Below, piece after piece: positions 56,630 through 64,000 of a stretch of DNA of 64,000 nucleotides; the first letter of the stretch is position 1, and every line of letters begins with the position of its first letter. The stretch spans positions 13,578,001-13,642,000 of the forward strand of contig OX597821.1 of the NCBI GenBank assembly GCA_951406725.2, written 5' to 3'. Both the position numbers and the translations under genes were made by a program. This DNA is from Octopus vulgaris. Lineage: Eukaryota. The notes under the pieces are model-generated. The model had not been told where the DNA came from, made no database searches, and saw nothing but the letters and a program-made list of their open reading frames with translations.

Positions 56630-58160
56630 GTGTGAATAATGCACATGTGCATAAGACCACTTGACATGCGTTCATTACATACGCAGAAGGATAAACACAA
56701 ACCTAATGCAGAAACAGACGTAAAAACACACACACCTATATGTGAATGCGTAAGTGTGTATAAGCACACCATATACGTATGCGTATATATATATGCATGA
56801 TTTTTGCATGAGCATGTACATATTAGTCTATGTATGTACGTTGTGTTGTGTATGTGCATGCGTAATGGTTTTCTGCAGTCACCATTCATGTTTTATGATG
56901 ACGAGAGTGATGAGATGTCACGTGAAGCAAAGAGCATATCAAGAGATAGAGGCTGTTACCAATTGTTCTACACGGCTTTTCATCTCAGCTCACCCGCCGC
57001 CAAACCAGCCAACAATAGAGTCCTACACTACTCAAACCAAGAAAATACCTTTTTTTTTCTTTTGTCTCCCACCCAACCCCACCCACGTTTATCAAAAATT
57101 GGCCTCCTGGATACTTACAACGCCTTGACTCCAGTCTGTGCTGAGGTGTTTGGTGAAGGGTATGGTGTGTTTAATGGTGCTGCTAAATATATTGTTTTCG
57201 TGACGAAAATGTTGGAATAAAATGGTGTCAAATAATGAACTGTGTAAATTGAATGGAGCTCTTTTATACAGGGAGATAGAGTGTGTGTGGTAGAGTGAGA
57301 GAGGTGGGGGTAAGAAGGTGAAGGAGAGAGAAAGATGGAGAGCTTCTTTGGAGATATTGTAAACATGTTTAGAAGGTAGGATCGTGTGTGGAGAGTGTGG
57401 GGGAGAGTAGCAGAAAGAGAAATGAGGAAACTGTGAAGAAAATGTGTGTGAGAGAGAGGAAGTTAGAAAGAAAGGATGAGATGGAGAGATGGAAGGTAGG
57501 TGGGTAGGCGGGAGAAAATAGGATAGAAAAGAGAAGAAGAAAAAGAAGAAGCAGAAGAAGAAGAAAAAGAAGAAGCAGAAGAAGAAGAAGAAGAAGAAGA
57601 AGATGACGATGACTACTACGACGATGATGATGATAATGATGATGATGAAGAGAGAGGAAGAAGAAGAAGAAGAAGAAGAAGATGATGATGATGATGATGA
57701 TGATGAATATGGGGGAGGAGGAGGAGGAGGAAGAAGAAGAAGAAGAAGAAGAAGAAGAAGAAGAAGAAGAAGAAGAAGAAGAAGAAGAAGAAGAAGAAGA
57801 AGAAGAAGAAGGAAGGAGGAGGTAGAGGGAAGCAGCGAAAACAACGAAGAAGTGTAAATATGTTTATCAATGGTTTTTGTAAGAGGGGAAAGAAACAGAT
57901 TGAAGAGGTAAACAGACGAGAGGCGGAAAGGTTTGTGGAATGAAAGAAGAAAAGAAAAATGAAAGGGGTTAGATGAAATGAAGAAGGTTTACGACATCTG
58001 ATGTATAAACAGGTATTTTATGAACCTTTAAATTTCATTCACCCCTAAGAGTTTTTTTTTGGTAAGGATGAATATAGTGTATGCTATACCGTAGAATTAT
58101 TCTAATACGTTGCGGGATCCTTTCACCAACCAATGAGCAAACATTATAATCTATAGAACA

Positions 58161-58580
58161 GGCGCAAGCGTGGCTGTGTGGTAAGAAGTTTGCTTCCCAA
58201 CCACATGGTTTGTGGTTCAGTCCCACTGATTGGTTACCTTGAGCAAGTGTCTTCTATGATTGCCTCGGGCCAACCAAATCACTGTGAGATAATTTGGTAG
58301 ACGGACACTAAAAGAAGATCGCCGTATGTGTATGTGTGTGTGTGCATGTTTGTTTGTTTGTTTGTTTGTTTGTCCATCACCACTACCACCGCTTTGCAGC
58401 CGATGTTGGTGTGTTTACGCCTCTGTGACTTAGCGGTTCGGCAAAAAGAACGGATAGAATAAGTACCAGGTTTGAAGAAAATAAACATACCGGGATCGAT
58501 ACATTCTGCCAAAAAAATTCTTCAAGGCGGTGCCCTAGCATGGTCACAGTCTAATTACTGAAACAAGTAAAAGATAAAAG
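58161..58580 (+). mobile_element. SINE family A (older subfamily)
   Basis: GGCGCAAGCGTGGCTGTGTGG...ACTGAAACAAGTAAAAG. Confidence 0.88.
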
Positions 58581-59487
58581 AACAAACTGAGAACATCTTT
58601 GTAATTTAAATTCCTCATCTAGAATTAAAGCTGGCTTTCTTTCTTCTTACCAAATATAGTATGCTGCATTATTTCAATGATGCAACATATTTTCTTTTAT
58701 TACTGTTTAATGAAATAGTTTATTTTTTCTTTTCGGATGAGTAGTAATCATTTATTGTTTAATGTAAGAGGCAGTGTAAAAGTCTGAATCCAGCTAAAGT
58801 TATAAAATATTTTGCATTATTTTTATGCAAAAATTATTATATTCTTCCATCATCTTTATTAATCTTCTCTTGCAAAGATTCGAGTCTAGTGTCAGTTCAG
58901 TATTATATCCATACAATAGTATGTTCCTACCAATCTTTTGTGTCACGCTAAGGGTAGTAATTCAAAGAGGAGATACAAAGAGAAAGCGTGTGAAAAATAA
59001 AGAGAAAGCTAGAGAAAACAAAAGAAGGCAAAGAAAACGCGGTTATGGTAAATGATGGTGTGACAGTGCTGATGATATTTAGTTGGGGTTTATAATAGCT
59101 GTTGTTTCTTTGTTGTTGGTAACTATAGTTGTGGTGCTATTGATGATAGACTGAATTACCGGCAGGGATTATAAATTGTATTTGGTACAAAAATGTGTAG
59201 TGCCTTATAATAAAAGCGAGTGGATAAATACAGATTGTGATTACTCATATTAAATAGTTCAATACTGAACCATCTAATCAGATTGTAATAGAACCTTCAC
59301 GTGTTTCAGTAGATACTTGCTCAAGTGGTGACATTTGGTGAATATCTCTGAACCGACGTTTCGAATTTAAGGTATGTTTTTACTAAAGGACTATTATGCA
59401 ATATGTTTAAGTCTACTGAAAGTATGGGTATTTTGAGCTTGTGTACACAACTATAATCAATTATGCATGTATATAGTCGTGCGTTTT

Positions 59488-59522
<35 letters not shown>

Positions 59523-60197
59523 GTATGCGTGTACGTTTGTATGTTGAGAAACGAGAAGAGTAGGTTGAAAGAGAAAGATTTGTGTGTGTGTATCTTTGCA
59601 TTGACAAAGTGATAAAAGAAGGAGAGAATGAAGGAATGAATAAAAGGGGAAAGGTTCCAGGAATGAAATGAATGAGGGCAAAGGGAGAGATTGAGTGGGA
59701 GAATGTTATGCGTTGAAATCGGAAAGAGAAGGATGTCGCCATGTTAGAGTGAAAATTACGTTAATGAAAGAAAGCCAGAAGGCTTTGTTTGTTGAGGATT
59801 TAAAGAGCAACCAAGAAGAGAACGATCGATCGTGACATTGTGTGCGTAATGTGAAACGTAAAACCGGGTGTCAATGAAGAAGAAAAGGAAAAGAGGCAGA
59901 AGAAGGTGGAAGATCTGGAAGAGAGGAGAAAAGAGGAAAGTCTGTGCAAAAGGATTGATACTGTATAGTGCAAATAAAAGTAGAGGGAAGAGAGAGAACA
60001 TTACATGATGTAGAAGAAAGGCAAAAGTAAAAATGAAGAGTTGGAAAGAGTGCACAAATGGTAAAGAGAAATAGTGAGAAGTGTATTAATGAAGAGAGAG
60101 AGAGAGAGAGGGAGGGAAGAGAGAGTAAGACAAAGATGAGTAGAGAAGAAGTGAAAATCTTTAAAGACGAATTTTAGAGGTAAAAGTAAACGACAAT

Positions 60198-60245
<48 letters not shown>

Positions 60246-60247
60246 TG

Positions 60248-60320
<73 letters not shown>

Positions 60321-60576
60321 CACGTATACATATATATACACACATACGCACACACATACATACATATACAAATGCACATCAAAACAAAAGGACTATATCC
60401 GAATCTAGAGGGGTATATAAGGTGAGAGCGATGTATATGTATAGCATGGCGATAATATATAAAATCACGAATGGTATATATAAAACATGTTGATGCGAAA
60501 ATCTATTAGACGATATATAAAAGCAAAAAGTGTGTATAGATATGCAATAGAGTATACATAATTCATAAGAGAACTG

Positions 60577-60712
60577 TACAAAAGCAATGAGCAGATACAA
60601 AAGAAGGAATCGTATATACAAAAGCGAACAGGGTGTACACAAAAGCGAGCAGGTATATTGCAAAAGCAGGAAGGGTATATACAAAAGCAAGAATTGGGTG
60701 GGTACGCAAAGC
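60577..60712. repeat. Diverged ~21-bp minisatellite anchored on ACAAAAG(C)
   Basis: About seven recurrences at 19-22 bp spacing. Confidence 0.6.
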
Positions 60713-61275
60713 AAATTAATTTGAGTAGCAGAGAAGGAGTTGAGGATTAGCAACAACTTGAAATTGACTGAAATAAAGAGGGTGGGGGAACAGAGAGAGA
60801 ATGATTACAAGAAAGAAGTAGTAGGAAGAGGGGGGGCAGATGTCTGTATGTGTGTTAGGGAATGTGGAATGAAGAGGGAAGAGGCAAAAAAATAACAAAA
60901 AAAGAATTAACAAAATCAAACTAAAGATGGCAAAACGTCAAAACGAAGATCAATTTTTATGGTTTAAAAAAAATCAACAAATCAATAGATTCTTTTAAAA
61001 TTAATTTTTCTGTGAAAGGGTTTGATTGATAAAAGAATATTTTTATTTCTGTATTTCAATCGAAGCGGAAGTTACAGTCATGGCAATTCTTTAAACGTTT
61101 GTTATTCAGTAGGAGTATTGCGGCTTTTCATCAGGTCTCATCTTGATGTAGTTTTTCGCCGCTTTTCACCAATTGGAAGAACCAAACCAATTTTTGGTCT
61201 TTTATTTTGCTTTCACAATTTTCGACACTCCTAATCATTGACAATTGTTTTCACCTCTCACCCCTACACTTCTCG

Positions 61276-61390
<115 letters not shown>

Positions 61391-61602
61391 GCCTATTTCT
61401 CTGCTTCTCTTGCTCTTTGTGCTTCTCTCTTTCTTTGTCTCTCTCCCCCTATCTCTGTCTCACTCACTGTGTTTTTATTTCTCATTTTCGCTTTCTCGTA
61501 AGCGTTCTCCTTTACTCGCTCTTGCCTTTTGATGTTCCTCATTTCTTTTCTATCACTCCCTCCTCCTTTTCTCTTTTCTTTTATTCAATCTCTCCACTTT
61601 CC

Positions 61603-61642
<40 letters not shown>

Positions 61643-62154
61643 TCTCTCCCTCTCTCGCTTTCCCTTTCTCTTTCTCTCGATGTTTATATGAATATTTCTA
61701 TGTGTATGTGTGTGTATATGTACATTAATGTATATGTATTTTCTCATTCTCGCTCCAACCTCATCTCATTTCAAGTACCTGCCTTCCCAAACACCACCAC
61801 CCATTCTCTCTCTCTCTCTCTTTCTCTCTCTGTTTATCTATCAATCTTTTACTATCTATATACCTACCAGCCTACCTACCTAATGATCTGCCTGCCGGTT
61901 GATCCATGTATCAACCCATCTATCTACTTGACTGTCTACACACAAATCCATCCACCCATTCATTCGTCTTTCATCCATCCATCTATATAACTATCCACCC
62001 AACTAAATATCTACCCATCCATTCTCTTACTCAGCTTCATCCGACCATCCCTCCCTCCATTTATCTACACCCCTTCCTTCTTACTGCCACACCAAACCAC
62101 ATAACCACATATATATTCAAACATCTATCCATCTGTCTGTCATTGACTGTATAT

Positions 62155-62562
62155 ATAATTGGCCCTTTTCGTCTATGCAGACGGTCAATTTAGCATAGAG
62201 GTCACTTAATCGAACATATCAGGGGCTCCCTTTCTTGCAGCTTCTTTCATGGCTGATTCTTCCTATGACTGAAGCGCAGCTTCTGTCACAGATCTTGTAT
62301 ACCAAGAGGGTGGTTCGGCGATCTGCATTTCTGTTGTTTTCCTTTCGCCGCTGACGCTTCTCAACTTAATTTTTCTGTAGCTGCTCTCTAGCGAAGCAGT
62401 TCCTTCCTTCACCACAGTTCTCCTCAGCCCTCTCTTCCCAGGTGCTGACATCCACCTCACACTTGGACAAACTAGTTTTGCAAGTGTCCTTATACCTCAG
62501 TTTTGGTCTTCCTCTTGGCCTCGTGCCCTGGGCCAGTTCTCCATAGAGCAGTTGCTTCGGGA
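62155..62562 (-). mobile_element. RTE-clade LINE, 3' end
   Basis: PKQLLYGELAQGTRPRGRPKLRYKDTCKTSLSKC..W, then terminal ICDRSCASVIGRISHERSC across frameshifts, with a short 3' UTR. This is a typical RTE/BovB-like C-terminus. Confidence 0.88.
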
Positions 62563-63056
62563 TATATATAAGACAAGAATATGGATGCAAAGAATCAAAC
62601 AGAGCTCACAGTAAGCTACCCGACTGGTGTGTGGCTATCAAGAAAGACCGTGGTTCAAGCCAGGATGAAAGACGAATGAATGGCGTCGTTCTGAAAATCC
62701 AGGAATCACAACGGTGAAAAGTATATATAATCATTGATCAGAGAAGTGAAGTGAAGTGAGAGAATAGATGTTTATTTCATTAGTTGACAGCTGTTTTGTA
62801 ACTCATGTTAATTATATAATCGAGGCTACAGCAACCTTCATATATGTATAAATGAATATACATACATACATAAATATATAAATCACCGTTCGTAGTTTGA
62901 AGCTCGGAGCAAAAGAAAAATTTAATTAAAACGACTTTCCGGTCGTTGTCCTTCTTAAAACATGAGTAGAAAGAGCAGAGGAAAGAAGAACCAAATGGAA
63001 GTAGAAGGTGTAATTGAAGTAAACGTACCCACTCTAAGCTTGTATGCGCATACACA

Positions 63057-63097
<41 letters not shown>

Positions 63098-63611
63098 TCT
63101 CTCTCCCTCTCTCTCCCTCTCTCTTTCACACACACAGGATTACATTTAAAAGGCTACTTATGGACTAGAAATCATTCTTAAAGGCTGCAAGGCAAGATTA
63201 TTACATTAAATATTAAGACAAATTCATTCGTTTCAAATGTTTCATTTATGAACTTCAAATAATGGTATTTATAGTTAAAAGTGAGAGAGTCTTTAAGATC
63301 ATTGGTTTTCTAAAAATAATTAAAGAAGATAAAGTAACTTTAAGTTATATTATGTAATGTATTATATTTTTATATTACATTCTATATATTCTAAAATTAT
63401 AATTTGTAATAAGACACTGCATTCATTCATCTTTTCTTTATCAATCTTAAGAAAACTTAGTTTACAAATAAATAAATATATATATAGGGAGAAAGAGAGA
63501 GAGAGAAAGTGAATATATATATATATATACAAAATAAGAAAATGGAGAAATACATCTAAATCAAATATCGATTACAAGATAATACCCAATCACAACCCCT
63601 ATCTCAATTTG

Positions 63612-63643
<32 letters not shown>

Positions 63644-64000
63644 ATATGTACACACTTATTTAAATGCAGGTAGTCATACATGTATACTTAAATATGCACC
63701 CACACGTACATACATATATACATATACACACACATACATACACACGCATACATACATATGTATAGACATGTATAGACTAGCTATATATAAGTAGATGTGT
63801 ATGTATTGTTTCAATGTGCGTATATCTGCTCAAGTGTATACACATTTTTATGTGTACTTGCTTTTTATGCCAGTCAGTATACATGTATATATAGCAAATT
63901 ATGTAATTATTTAGTCGTAAGAAAACATACATCCAGAGATAAATAGCTACCTAGATTAAGAGACAGTCAGACAGTTGAAAAAGCAGATAGATATGACAAT

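Noticed and set aside
56804-57220. 138-aa ORF with a possible acceptor near 56878
   Set aside because: It begins in microsatellite-like sequence, contains a T-run and has no recognisable motif; support is insufficient.
59355-59365. Isolated CGAAACGTC on the minus strand
   Set aside because: No upstream CTGANGA or stem II was found, so it is not called a ribozyme.

Overview
AT-rich, microsatellite-saturated eukaryotic DNA, intergenic or intronic. It is most likely cephalopod (Octopus); this is inferred from recalled SINE families and repeat composition, not from a search. I found no convincing host protein-coding gene, and nearly all listed ORFs are simple-repeat translations. The window holds three tRNA-related or SINE-like families in many copies. 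It also holds several 5'-truncated R4/Dong-type non-LTR retrotransposons (CCHC knuckle plus restriction-like endonuclease), mostly inside (TAA)n arrays, and a ~557-bp non-coding element with the same targeting. Other mobile DNA includes a second RLE lineage associated with (TACA)n, a Penelope-like GIY-YIG fragment bounded by (TA)n, an RTE 3' end, mariner/Tigger remnants and a non-autonomous Helitron. The most notable structure is RNA-level. There are three near-canonical type I hammerhead ribozymes plus a graded series of variant or palindromic derivatives. A covarying stem/3x1-loop/stem motif is shared by the 3' UTRs of four divergent Dong-like families. All four head/tail combinations of one modular SINE are present. 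Together these suggest several retroelement lineages partitioning the microsatellite classes.
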